From Gnetum montanum (taxonomy: Eukaryota; Plantae; Gnetophyta), in contig MNCI01000381.1 of assembly GCA_015680685.1 (NCBI GenBank), forward strand, positions 266,421-330,420: a DNA stretch of 64,000 nucleotides, written 5' to 3'. Positions 41,376 through 54,312 of this stretch are shown here, in pieces. A program made the position numbers and the translations under genes. Below the pieces are notes generated by a model. That model did not search any database, was not told the DNA's origin, and saw only the letters and a list, made by a program, of their open reading frames with translations. The first letter of the stretch is position 1. Every line of letters starts with the position of its first letter.

Positions 41376-43014
41376 AGTTTTCTTAAAATTAATATTCAAT
41401 AATTAATTAATCTACTAACTTATTCCTTATTTTTATTGCCCAATACTGGTGCTTTCCATAATTGTGATGGTCTCATAGTTGTAAGATTGGGATGATGTGC
41501 AATGCCACTAGTGTAAGTATGGACTTTATCTAGAACGTAGATGGAAAGGTATCTTGGTCGTTTTAACCACATCCTCACACAAGGACCTATTGCAAAAGTG
41601 GTAAGGTATCTTACACCCCAATTCCTACAATTTCTTCTTATATTCATTAACCATCTCACTACTAGGTTGATCTAATGAATTTTCTTTATGATAGCATAGG
41701 GTTTTGATGGTGATGGTTGTATGGGTGTGGCTTATAGACTAAATTGATATTAGACTACTAATGTACCTACAAACACCTTGTGAAATGATTATACAAGGGC
41801 ATTAAGTATATGATCCTAATTTGAAAAGGACACACTTGTATAACTCTTAGACATCTAGTTTATGCACCACCTTCACGTGCCTAGTAACATGCAATTGTAA
41901 TTCTAATGAATGCATTCTCAAGTTTTTTCCATCTTCTCATGAAATTCCTTGATGAACATAGATCTCTATTTTAATTTTTCAAGCTCCTATATCTTCATAA
42001 ACCTCTATTGGAACCTCATTATTGTTTTTCTCATCTTTAGATCCTCTTTTAGCTTTCATTTAATCTTTCAATTTTCTCTAGAATTCAAAAATTTGGCTTA
42101 GAAATTAAGCAAAATTATGTTAATTAATTACATCGATGCAACATAAAAATAGTATAAATATGTATGACCCTTAGCCAAAATTTCACCATTTTCATTCCAA
42201 TGCATAAGGAGTTTTTGTAATTTTAGAAGCTCATAGCCTTCCAAGAGTGAAAACTTGTCCTAGGAACATCTAATTCAACCTATTCTCAATCCTATGAACT
42301 ACTAGAGTTAACCTTTGCATCATGGAAAAACTTGACATTATATTTCCAAAAAAATTTAAATGTCTCATAGTTAACTAAGCTAAGAAAACAATGATAAATT
42401 AATGAAAAATTAAGAAGCCTAACTATCTTAAGCTCTTATAGGTTGTGATTAGAAAGACAATTATCAATAATCTCACTCTTAGTTATCTAGGACATCTTGC
42501 TAACTCAATCCACAGAATTCAACTAGATTATGCTTGAATGCTTTTGATTTATATAGTTGGACATAGGGTCAACTTTGTGCTTATCATCTAGAATATTAAC
42601 TTTTAATTACTTAGAGATCACTTTTCCTAAATTTACAATATTAAAGTATATAAAATCCTTTGCAAGCTTACTAGTGCTCTACTTTGATGACTAGTTTAAA
42701 GTCAAAATATAAAGTAGAAGTATTTAATCTAATTAAGCTAAGTTAAATATGTAACCTAGATTAATTAGAAGAAAAATAATTAAGTAGAAAGAAGATCAGA
42801 GGAAGTAGGGTACATTCAACAAGGAAGTTAACTCAATATTAATTTGGGTAATGATTTCTTTAGAAGAAATACATCTCAAATTCTTAAAAAATAAGAAAAG
42901 TATAAAAGACTTGAGTTTCTAAGGCATATTTTCAATGAATGAAGAAACCATTATAAAGGAAATTTTTAGCCTAAATAAATACTAGGTGTGAACCTTTCTA
43001 ACTAATTTGTATGT

Positions 43015-44590
43015 TGTAATGTCCCCATTCCCAAATGTTGCTACTAAATAAAAAAGATGAAGCCTCTTCATAACAAGTATTATCATTATCATAACAAGAC
43101 TTGAAAGGGGATTGTAAGGAAGACCTAAAAGGGCATGTTGTAATATCAAATGTATCTCTTTAGGTGATCTTTGGGGGGTTTGACCTAAGGTATTTATACC
43201 CAAGCATAGAGGTTGTATCAGCATGGAGTTGCAAAGTCGATAAAGGTGAGTAATGGGTGCTAGGTGAAGTGGAACAAGAAGATGACTGGCCACCCCTTCT
43301 AGCCAGTTGTAGGTCTAACTGTGGTGGCAGTGATGAATTGCCTTTATGGGATAGATGTTGAAGGAAGAAAACCTCAAAGAACACTCTCAAAGCACGATCC
43401 AAATACACTATTTCACATCAATAAAGCATTCTTCCATTTTTTCTTTTTCATGTTTCCTATTATTTTCTTTACACATACTATGAAATGTTACTTATATTTG
43501 ATGTTTGGAATATTATCTTCTTACACAATGTATATTTGACATTTTCCATGACATCTATGAATAGGATGTCACATTTGGTATAAAAGAAAACCATAGGCCA
43601 AGGGCCAATCAAAACCATGAGCTAACTAAAACCTTATGATTAACCATGGAGCCAAGATCTAGGGAGAACCATGGACCACCACCAGATGTTTCATATGTCC
43701 AAAATGATCCATTCATCTACAAAAGAACCATGAAGTGTATCATGTTCAACATCAACCCCACTAATCAAGATTCATTCAAGGATATCAACAATCAAAAGAT
43801 CTAACTATGCCTCACTAAAGTACATCAACTACAAGAAACATTGGTAAAACATCAATCTAGGTAACTCTTACCCATCTTATATTTTTGTTAGAATGTAAAG
43901 AATTTAGGTTATCATAAAGTTCTTACTAGAAGATTAGTGACCATGACCTAAGTTGATTTGGTCTCATTTGAAAATCAATATCCTAAATACCTTACCCGTA
44001 TAAACTTTGTAATTCTCACATTACCTAGGACCTATGTATTGGTAAATTTAAGGAATTCAACCTAGTCATAAAATTATCTCATTCCTACTCAACCAATAAG
44101 GTTCATTGCTATGAGATTTATACAAAATTTGATACTTAAGGGGTAATGTTGCGATGTCTTATTTATCCTTAATACCTAGGACATAATCTTGATATGAGAA
44201 GCTAAGATTATATCATACTCATAAAATGACAAGGTAAAAATATTATGTTTTGTGTTAAGGATTGGAATATGATTTATAATTATCGAAGTCATCTAGAAGT
44301 CATCATGTCATCTATGTGTTAGCCTAAGAATGTCCATTTGACAAAATAAACTATCTTGGTCCTTTAAAATCTTGAAAATTGAAATTAGTTTTAAGACCCT
44401 AAAATCATATTCCTCATAGTACTCATCAAGATGATTCACATGGCATAAATTTCATTCCAATCAAACTTACAGTTTTAGAGACATTGTTATTTAAATTTTT
44501 TTTGTTATGCATGTTCAATAAAATAATAATAAAAAGTTAAAAAAAACTAGAGGTTATGGGTTTAAACCCCAACCCCAAAATGATTTTTAA
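43015..44590 (+). mobile_element. Family C 5' LTR (43015-43573) plus iMet-type PBS and non-coding leader, truncated
   Basis: TGTAATGTCCCC...GGATGTCACA followed by TT-TGGTATAAAAG (decayed TGGTATCAGAG); no coding motif recognised before B2. Confidence 0.75.
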
Positions 44591-44612
44591 ATATATATAT
44601 ATATATATATAT
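44591..44612. repeat. (AT)11 microsatellite, probable target site of B2
   Basis: AT run immediately before TGTAAGAG at 44613. Confidence 0.8.
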
Positions 44613-47600
44613 TGTAAGAGTCGTGCCACCCTACATGAGACCGCTCTACCCCTTACACAGCCTTAAAAGTAAGGGTCGCTACATGCAATTACTAGTCACC
44701 ACCTTAACTATTCAAACTGAAGTAGATTCACTCCACAATTAAATCACCTTAAATACACTAAATCTAGATATTATGAAAAGACAAAATTATTTACTAGAAA
44801 ATAAGAAAACTAGCTATCTTCAATTAATTTATTAGAAGATTACAACCACGTTTACAAAACCCACAAGAATCCAAAACCTATCATACTCAAATGATATTGT
44901 AAAGCATGAGGCTTGAAACACCACAAAATTTGCATGTTATAGAAAATATTTACCATGTAGCTTTTACCCCATGAAACCCAAGGTAAAACTTCATTGTAAA
45001 TGTGAAGATTGTAACCCACAATGGGCAATTTCACATACTTTATACTTTTGGGGCCGAAAAAATCCTCATAAGTAGTTAAAGCCTCATTTCCCAAGTGAAA
45101 CAAGTCATTTGATGTCTATATTTGGGCTTTGGGGACAAAAATACCATTTGGGATGCCAAAAATGGTAATTTGATGGGTTTTATGGCAGTTATACACTTTT
45201 CTACATTGAAAACACATGCAAGGGATAAATCTCACCTACCGCCAGGGTGGAAGGATGGGTGTTTTAGAAACTTTCTTCCTTCAGCATAGAGACTACATGC
45301 ATAGCCTGCAAACCTTCCCTCCTCAATGTGGAAGTTTTTCCTAGTGTGGAGTCTTCATCCCCAACATTGAAAATTGCATCCCCTAGCATGGAGGCAACAA
45401 AAGCCAGATTTCAACACTTCATGCACTTCAATGTTGACTAGCCACTTTAGCAAGAATGGTGGAGAGCTCAACATCAAATATTCATCTCCAGTTTCAAAGG
45501 TGTGTCCTGATTACTATTTATAGTAAATGAAATGGCCATGGGGGAAGGTGCTTACTACGTATAGTAACCCCCCAAATTTGGGCATCCATCTCACCTGAAT
45601 GAGGCAAAAATTGGTAGTCAATTTGTAGCCAATTCATAATCAATTTGCAGCCATATCATAGCCATTTTGTAGCCCCATTCATGGCTCAAAAACTATAAAA
45701 ACTAGCCTCAAACACCATTTACAGGTTCAACATTTTGGCAGTTACACACACTTTGGTAGTGGAGCAATTCTCTCAAGGTTCAACATCCTTTTGGTACTTA
45801 AATACATTAAGTACACACACATTTTTTCAAATAATAATTTCACACTTGGGACATTCTCAAGCACTAAAGAGTTCTTGCAATCTTTCATGTTTGCATTATC
45901 TTAAACTCTAGCATGGAAGCATTATAGCCTTGAGACTTGTGGATTTTGGGTGTCCATGCTACATTTCTAGGATTCCCAACCCCCAGTGTGGAGCACATTG
46001 GCCATCATATTTTCACTTTTCTCACCCCACACCATAGCCAACATTATAGATCTAATATTTCAGCATAGGAGGTTTGATAACATCGGGAGTGGTAAGACAT
46101 CTAGATCGTGGACCTTGAACCCCCATCCAACTAAATCCCCCTGCTATCCATTCAAGCACCATTTGTACACATTTATATAACTTATTCTTTATTTTTTCTC
46201 AATAAATTTTTAAGTTTTAGGTTTTTTGTGCAAGATATATCTTTCTATTTTCTATGCATTATTCAGATCTGTTATCAGTTTTTGCATTTCATTTCATTAC
46301 ACTATTTCACAAAACCCCCCAAGTTCCTAATTGGTCTACCAAACTAGCCAAGGTGCCCCAAATCCCATTTTTCCATAGAGGCCCTATATATTTGTTAAAG
46401 CTTTCATTTTATAGTCAAAACCTTTGAATCTACATTTTAATCAATGCTTCCATCCTTCCTCCTTTGCTTCTAAGACCCAACATTGAGTAGTAGGTGTTTA
46501 GGCTTTGAAATTTTTATAGTAGTTGTTGTGAATTTCCAAAGCCAACATTGATTTTCTAGTGCACTTTCTCAACCTCCTTAGCTACCCAAATTTTTTCTTG
46601 GTTGTCAACATTGGTGGTGCAACCCTTCTAGAAATTACCAAACTTATGGAAGTTAACTTCCCTCCATTTTTCCAAGCTGAGAAAATTAGTAGCCTACCAA
46701 CACTAAGTTCTTAGTTGAAAATAGCAACTTTCAAATTTGATTTTTTAGCCTTTCCCCCTATCAACGTTGGGTTAGGAGATGTGAGATTCTCATTATCTCA
46801 CAACGCCTCCCCCCCCCCCCCCCCNNNNNNNNNNNNNNNNNNNNNNNNNNNNNNNNNNNNNNNNNNNNNNNNNNNNNNNNNNNNNNNNNNNNNNNNNNNN
46901 NNNNNNNNNNNNNNNNNNNNNNNNNNNNNNNNNNNNNNNNNNNNNNNNNNNNNNNNNNNNNNNNNNNNNNNNNNNNNNNNNNNNNNNNNNNNNNNNNNNN
47001 NNNNNNNNNNNNNNNNNNNNNNNNNNNNNNNNNNNNNNNNNNNNNNNNNNNNNNNNNNNNNNNNNNNNNNNNNNNNNNNNNNNNNNNNNNNNNNNNNNNN
47101 NNNNNNNNNNNNNNNNNNNNNNNNNNNNNNNNNNNNNNNNNNNNNNNNNNNNNNNNNNNNNNNNNNNNNNNNNNNNNNNNNNNNNNNNNNNNNNNNNNNN
47201 NNNNNNNNNNNNNNNNNNNNNNNNNNNNNNNNNNNNNNNNNNNNNNNNNNNNNNNNNNNNNNNNNNNNNNNNNNNNNNNNNNNNNNNNNNNNNNNNNNNN
47301 NNNNNNNNNNNNNNNNNNNNNNNNNNNNNNNNNNNNNNNNNNNNNNNNNNNNNNNNNNNNNNNNNNNNNNNNNNNNNNNNNNNNNNNNNNNNNNNNNNNN
47401 NNNNNNNNNNNNNNNNNNNNNNNNNNNNNNNNNNNNNNNNNNNNNNNNNNNNNNNNNNNNNNNNNNNNNNNNNNNNNNNNNNNNNNNNNNNNNNNNNNNN
47501 NNNNNNNNNNNNNNNNNNNNNNNNNNNNNNNNNNNNNNNNNNNNNNNNNNNNNNNNNNNNNNNNNNNNNNNNNNNNNNNNNNNNNNNNNNNNNNNNNNNN

Positions 47601-48520
47601 NNNNNNNNNNNNNNNNNNNNNNNNNNNNNNNNNNNNNNNNNNNNNNNNNNNNNNNNNNNNNNNNNNNNNNNNNNNNNNNNNNNNNNNNNNNNNNNNNNNN
47701 NNNNNNNNNNNNNNNNNNNNNNNNNNNNNNNNNNNNNNNNNNNNNNNNNNNNNNNNCAACCTTCTTCCCCCCTACCATACCTAGGGTACAAGCAGTTGGG
47801 AAGCCCAACATGGGAGAGGTTAACACCCCCTTTCCACAAATCCAACATTGCAAATTGAAAGCCTTTTTCCATATTTTTGTAGCCAAAACTCCTAAATGAT
47901 CAACACCACCCCTTCCCTCACTGTGACTAAAACTACATGTAAATTGAGGGTGGTTGGGTGGTGGTTTTTTACAGTAGTTACTATGAATTTTTTAGCCTCA
48001 AAGGTAGCATTAGAACCTTACCCCTTTTATTTTTGCTGCCAATTTTAATCTTTTTCAACTTCTAAATTTGGTGGTGCAACTCTTCTAGGAATTACCAAAC
48101 TTTCAGAGGTTAGCTTCCCCCCATTTTTCCAAGTTGAGAAAATTGGTAGCCTAGAAAAACCAAGTTTCAATGGAAAAACCCAACTTTTTAGCTTGATTTT
48201 TTAGCCTTCTCTCCATCAATGTTGGAATAGAAGGGGTGGGATTCCCATTATCTCATCTCCATTTCTTTTCCCCCCTACCATACCCAACGTAGAGGGTGTT
48301 GGAAGGCCAACTTGGGTAAGGCTTGTTACCAACATTTTCAACATTCCATTCTTGGTAAAGGGATAAACCCCTCTTACCCCCACTTACTAATTATCGTAAG
48401 TACTCCATTTTCAGCCATTTCTATTTCCTTTAAATTTTTTTTTTTGAATTCCATTTGCCAGAATTTACTTTTATTTTATCATTTATAGCCTTGTTTTAAG
48501 CCATTCTCAACACCATAGCC

Positions 48521-51500
48521 ATGTCTTTCCAACAATCTACCAATTTGCCCCTCACCTTCACTGGCGAAGGTCCTAGGCAATAAGCCATGAGGGTATATGA
48601 TCCCAAAGACCATGCTATCATCGAATGTAGGAAATATTTGAAAGTTAGAGGAAAAATTCCTAAGTTTGTAATCATAAATGAAGACTGATATAACTTCATT
48701 TGTGTCAAAATACAAGCTGGCATGTTAATTTCATGTTTAAAGGTAGAAGCCAAAAGGGAGTTTGAACTTATCCACCATAATGGTAAGGAGTACATCCCTT
48801 TCCCCTATGACTAGATACCTCTATCTAATACCTATATAGGTATACTAGTGTAATTGATTGAGATGGAAAAAGAGGATGAAAAACATAGCTTCAAGGAACA
48901 ACAAGAAGAGAAGGATGAATTTAGGACAAAATTTGAGCTTAAAAACATCCTAGGGGGATTGTTCCAACAGGCAACCCCCAAGGCCACCAAGCCTTCCCCT
49001 CATGCCTTTATTTTCTACATGGGCATGATGCCATCATCTTCCATAGTTGACCCCACAGCGATCATAGCCATGCATCAAACTTAATCAATGCCATAGATTA
49101 TGACTCATAACCCATAAATTCCATTTGCCACATGGCCTCAATCTATGCAATCATCAATGGTGATTTTTACCACAAAAAATCCATTAACAAACTATGTGGG
49201 GTATACCATGGGACCTTAAGAAAATCAGGGGTCAAACATCCCATTTGTCCCATTTGTGCCTTAGGTACCATTACAAACATCCTTTTCTTTGTTTGGCCCA
49301 CAAGCCACAACCATAACACAACCTCTTCCTTCTGCCATGCAACCCATACCAAGGCCACAAGCCTCACAAAAGATACCACAACCCTATGTACAAACCCCAC
49401 AATCAACAAGGCCACCACAGGGTCTGGATCAAGCCTTCCAAATGATCCAAGACCTAATGGAGGAGTTGAAGAGGCTTAAAGCCTCTACTTCAGAAACTAT
49501 CAAGATTATGAACTTTTACTAGGATAATCCCATCAATCCTATGGTCCCACCCTTGACACATCCTCTAGGTGTCTCTATTTCCTAATTTAGCAAATACAAT
49601 AGAGAAGTGATTCCAAAGCTCACCTTATCACCTTCGATTCAAATGCTTAATCTTGTAGTCATGGCCTCATACCATCATGAGGATTTTCCCTATGTCCTTG
49701 ATTGGGAAAGCACTTGATTAGTATCACACATTACCTAGGGGATCCATATCCTCTTTGGAGGAATTGGTTGCCCAATTTGTCAATCACGTCAAGTATAACT
49801 TGAAGCCTAATACCACACTTAACTAACTCATGAAGGTTAAGCAGGGGTCCTTATAGCTTGTACAGAAGTTCATTCAATGATGGAATGAACTACTAAATCA
49901 AATAAAAAAGCCGATAGTTGAAGCCCACTTATTAGCCATATTTAAGGAAGTAGTGAACAAATTTATGAAGTCCAGACTCTATTACCTTGATCTATAATCT
50001 CTTAGCCAAGAATTCTCATAAACAAAAAACATAGAAGATGCTACAGAGGCCAATCATGATCTTACTTATATAGCATACAAAAACCAACACATGTGGAGAG
50101 AAAGAAAAGAGCAAACAAAACAACGTGGGCACAGAAACTATAACCAAAGAAGTAAAGACCATAAGCTAGGGGCCAAGGGCCAACCTACCCAAGGCTCCCA
50201 CTAATGACCACAATAACCAACCATCAACCTTTGGGGCTACTGCATCAACAACAAATAGACCTAACTTCAAAAGAAAGGACAAGTCCAAATACACTACCTT
50301 ACCTATGAAACCATTTGAGTTACTAGACCAATTATTAAAAAGTGGGTGCATGCAACATAAACAAATGACTGAAGCCACTCTAAAAAGACACAAGAAGCTA
50401 TGTGAAATAGCCAAGGCCCCTACTCAAGTAATGAAGGATAACCCCAAACTACCTAGGTACTTCAAATTAGGCCATTTCTACCATTATTACTAGCTAGCAA
50501 GTCATGAAATAGACTTCTACCTTGCATTGAAGGATGACCTACAAAGGATGATAGATAGGGGAAGCTAGTCTTAAATGCTTCCAACCTAGTTTGACTACAA
50601 AATTAGTTGATGCAGGTCTACAAAGACTTGTTGAATGCTAATGATAGTTTCTACATTATTTTAGCATTCAACATTGATGAAGAGTGGGGACCTACAAGAG
50701 AAGCATTCATGATTCAAGCACCCCTTTGTGATGAAAGGGCTTCTATAACTTCCCATGGTTCAAGATCTTCATTTGTATAAGAGTACCATCATGAGTGCCT
50801 TCAAGGGATCTATTTGTTATCAAGGTGTCCCAACCTAATACAACACAAATAGCCATAGCCTAACCAACTGCACAACGACCTCTTGCAGTGGCCAATGCTA
50901 CTGCCTCTTCCTCATAACCAACAACTAGTAACTAAAAAACTTTATTCAAACAAAGCAAGAAGCATAAGCAAAAGCCCAATGACAAGGGTGATAAGTAGAA
51001 GAAGGCATGAAAGGAAGTGGGCCCACCAAAGCACACTCCCATTTTGGCTATACCCATGACCTCCTCTACCCAACCTGATCCAACCAACAAGCTACAAGAG
51101 GATACCAAAGCCCAGAACTAGAACAATAATGAAAAGCCACAACAACCACAACCTAAAGCTAAAGCTTGCATTTTGGGATGCATCAAGGAAGTAAAGCACA
51201 ACTGGGTCAACAAGCCCATGGCTAATGATAAAAGCTTCTTGAGTGCAATGGACCAAATCAAGTAATCACTCAAGCAAAAGAATACAACCTTAAGTTTTTA
51301 TGACATGATCATGACTTCTATACCACATCGTGAGATGATAGTCAAAATGTTGACTTCCATCCCCATTAGTGAGGATATCCATGCTAACAAGAAATTCATC
51401 CATGCAGTGATGGTTCCTCCCTCACAAAGGGAGGAGAAGTTAACATCCCTAGTATTTCACAATAGTAAAATTAAAGCCAATTCACAAAATGGTGAAATAA

Positions 51501-52107
51501 CTATAGCCCCTTTATTCATAACCATATGCATAGGACAATTTAAAATACATTAGGTGCATGTTGATGATGGAGCTGCAAATAGTGCATCCCATGTACCATC
51601 ATTGAATGCTTGGGCCTAACTAAGTGAATACAATCTACAATCACCGTAGCTCTTAATTCCTTCAATGGATCAAGGGTTGTTATCAAGGGGTTAATTTTCT
51701 TGGATTTTGTATCCAGGGAGCAATTCCCCACAATCGCCAATTTCTTGGTGGTGGAAGAGACACCAAGATTTAACCTAATCCTAGTAAGACCTTGGTTGTC
51801 TTAATTACACACTGTGTCCTCTCCCATCCATCAAGAAATTCATATTCCTTACAAGGGAGGTGAAATCATCATTCATGGTTATAATGCAGTTCCCCTAGCT
51901 ATTAACAATGTAAAGATAGAGCAGCAGTCTAAAGTGGAGCTTCAAGAAGAAGCTCCCAGCCATGAAGAGCAAAAAACCAAGAAAGCCAACGATGACAAAA
52001 ATAAGAAATGGGATGAACTCCATTTTAACATCGTAAGCAAAGGGGATGGTGAATATAAGCTTGTGTAGAGTAGGCCTTACTCACTTCCTAATCTTGTAAA
52101 GATTAGG
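48521..52107 (+). pseudogene. B2 gag-protease
   Basis: ATG 48521; gag core ~49580-49990; decayed CxxHxxxGHxxxxC knuckle ~50476-50530; PR VHVDDGAA ~51556; NLILVRPWL, VSSPIHQ. Confidence 0.85.
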
Positions 52108-53327
52108 GTGAATCTACATAGGTGAAGTGTACCTTAACCTTCCCTTACCCCTATGACTAGATGCACTAATAGCCATGTAGCCTTACTTTTCTTTTGCAAT
52201 TTATTATATCTTTTTATGCATTTGTTGTTTTACTCTCTATGCATGTAGCCTAAGTTCATTTGCATTTTTACCCATTTGCTACAACCTATCTTTATTTTTA
52301 CTTATGTTATAAACATCGAAAAAGCCTTATAAATATGTCTTTTTCATAACTAGTCCTCTAAGATCTTAAACTAGCATCATGGCCTACCATGGCCTTAAAT
52401 AGCAAAGTAACCACAATGCATCATGGTCCAAAATGGCCTTAAACTAGCAAACATCCCTTTTATTATTATATATATCTTTGCATAGCCTATTATCGCATCA
52501 ATTAGCTATTTAATGTTATAAAAAAAATGTCAACATAGCCATTCACAATGTTTACAACATTTACAATGTTTACTACAACTATAGATACATATAGCCAAAA
52601 ATAAAACCAAAATTTAAATTTAAAGTTAAAAGGTCCAGAACATACATAAGCCATGGCAACACTATGTGGTAAGAATGTCAAAGAGTAACAATCATTTATA
52701 ACATAGTCTTGGATAATTATAGCGATCAACATGAAAATAAAAAAAAATAGCCAACAAGCTAAACTAATGGAGGCTACTGAGTGGCATCTAGAGGAGGAAG
52801 TGGTAGATCATTCCCACCCTCACCACTAGGATCACCAATGTCTCATGAGGCCTGAAATGTAACAACATATAGCCAATTAGCAACACATAGTCAAAATCAA
52901 AACCATAAGTCAAAAACTAAAATATAAAATACATCTAACCTATTGAGATTTCGACTCCATGACTTCTGGAGATAGATGGGGAAGGCCTTACTCCAAACGA
53001 TGGAGGATCTAGTCCTCCATCATGTTGAGCTAGTCAACATTTTCAAGATCAACACTAGAGAGGATGCCAATCCTATCTATAGGAGTTTAAGTAGAAGTCT
53101 TCCATGTAATAGTAGCTGTAGAAGTCTCACTTGTGGTAGTGGTAATCTGAGTAGTAGGGGATTGCTTCACCATGAGAGTACTTTCAAAAAGCTGATAAGA
53201 ACTCTCCACCATTCAATCAACTCCTTCTTGAGTCACTTAAGGTAGGCTCCATGATCTGCCTTGTATTGTTGCTTGTGGACCTTTTGTTTCTTACCCCACT
53301 TTAAGACCCAAGCTAGGTGATCCTTCT

Positions 53328-54312
53328 TGATGGGACACGATATTGCATAAGCCGCAATATCGCGTACGCGATATCGCGTCTGTCGCAATATCGCATCCCC
53401 CGTGATATCGCGTCTTCCCTACAATATCACGTACGCGATATCGCAATGTGCCACAATGTCTATAAATAAGAGGCGACTCTCCCTTGTTCATCATTAGTTA
53501 TTAGTTAGGAGTTAGAAGTAGCGAAGATCTGGTAGTTTGGCCACTCCATAGATAGTTTATTTTTCCTGTGTCTACCCGCAGTGTGGTGAATGTAATTGTA
53601 CGACATCGTTTATTCGAGTGTGACGTACTTGGACACGCACATGACTGGCAGTAAAGATTGAGATTACTTCATCATTGCAGCAGTCACTTTGTTTATTTAA
53701 TTGTTTTAATAGGGAATGAGTACGACTTGATTATTAGCATCTTCGTGTGACTACTTGGTAACCCAGTGTTGTACCTAGGATCTACGCTTGGTAATCCCAG
53801 TGGTAGTCGTGCACCAAGATGTGTATGGTTAGTCAAGGAATCGGTTGCTCATCGCACTTAGGCTAGTAACACAGTATGAGTATGACTTGATTACGAGCAT
53901 TTAAGTGTGACTACTTGGTAGCCCAGTGGCATACCTAGGATCTGTGCTTGGTAATCCCAGTGGTAGTCATGCACGAGGTCCAAGATGTGTACAGTTGATC
54001 AAGGAATCGGTTGATCATCGCACTTAGGCTAGATTAGATTTTCTTACCCTTTTCCTCCTAGCTTAGCATAGTTAATATTATTTCCCACTGCCTTCAGGAG
54101 TAGCGTTAGAATTAGAAACACATCATACACCTCACTCTAGACTAAACCATATGTGACAAATATAAATACTAGTCTAGGTGGGAAGATAGCGAACTGTGAC
54201 CTAAGGATAACTGTCTAGGTGCCACAACTAGTCCGTCTACAGAGTTCGACCAGATCACGCATGCTACACTCATTTCATATGGTTGCGTGTAGGGGTACCT
54301 CACCACTCATCA
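53328..54312 (+). mobile_element. Family A solo LTR (A3), gap-free, 985 bp
   Basis: TGATG...CATCA; perfect TSD CTTCT (53323-53327 / 54313-54317); TATAAATA at 53461; CGCGATATCGCG motifs upstream. Confidence 0.95.
53716..54032 (+). repeat. 160-bp-period tandem duplication inside A3
   Basis: ATGAGTA(C/T)GACTTGATTA...CATCGCACTTAGGCTAG at 53716-53866 and 53876-54032. Confidence 0.9.

Larger units (their letters stand above)
23100..43014 (+). mobile_element. Athila-like element E2 (gag 3' part to 3' UTR), interrupted by C1, D1 and D2
   Basis: PR KALL/FDLGS ~24315; RT FLDDYN|TYN.IQI split by D1; MSFGLLNAS, LFMDK ~38760-38855; RH ~39280-39640; INT ~39800-40580; 3' UTR homologous to E1 13100-14400. 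Confidence 0.8.

Noticed and set aside
46150-46170. TGTACA-AA-TGGTGC on the strand opposite gag (also ~4007-4025), PBS-like
   Set aside because: Wrong orientation for gag-pol, lies upstream of the outward TATA, and does not extend to match plant tRNA-Lys 3' ends as I recall them.
46715-47899. Longest ORFs in the track (also 45-524, 11704-12002, 37314-37904)
   Set aside because: They are read-through of N gaps, not genes.
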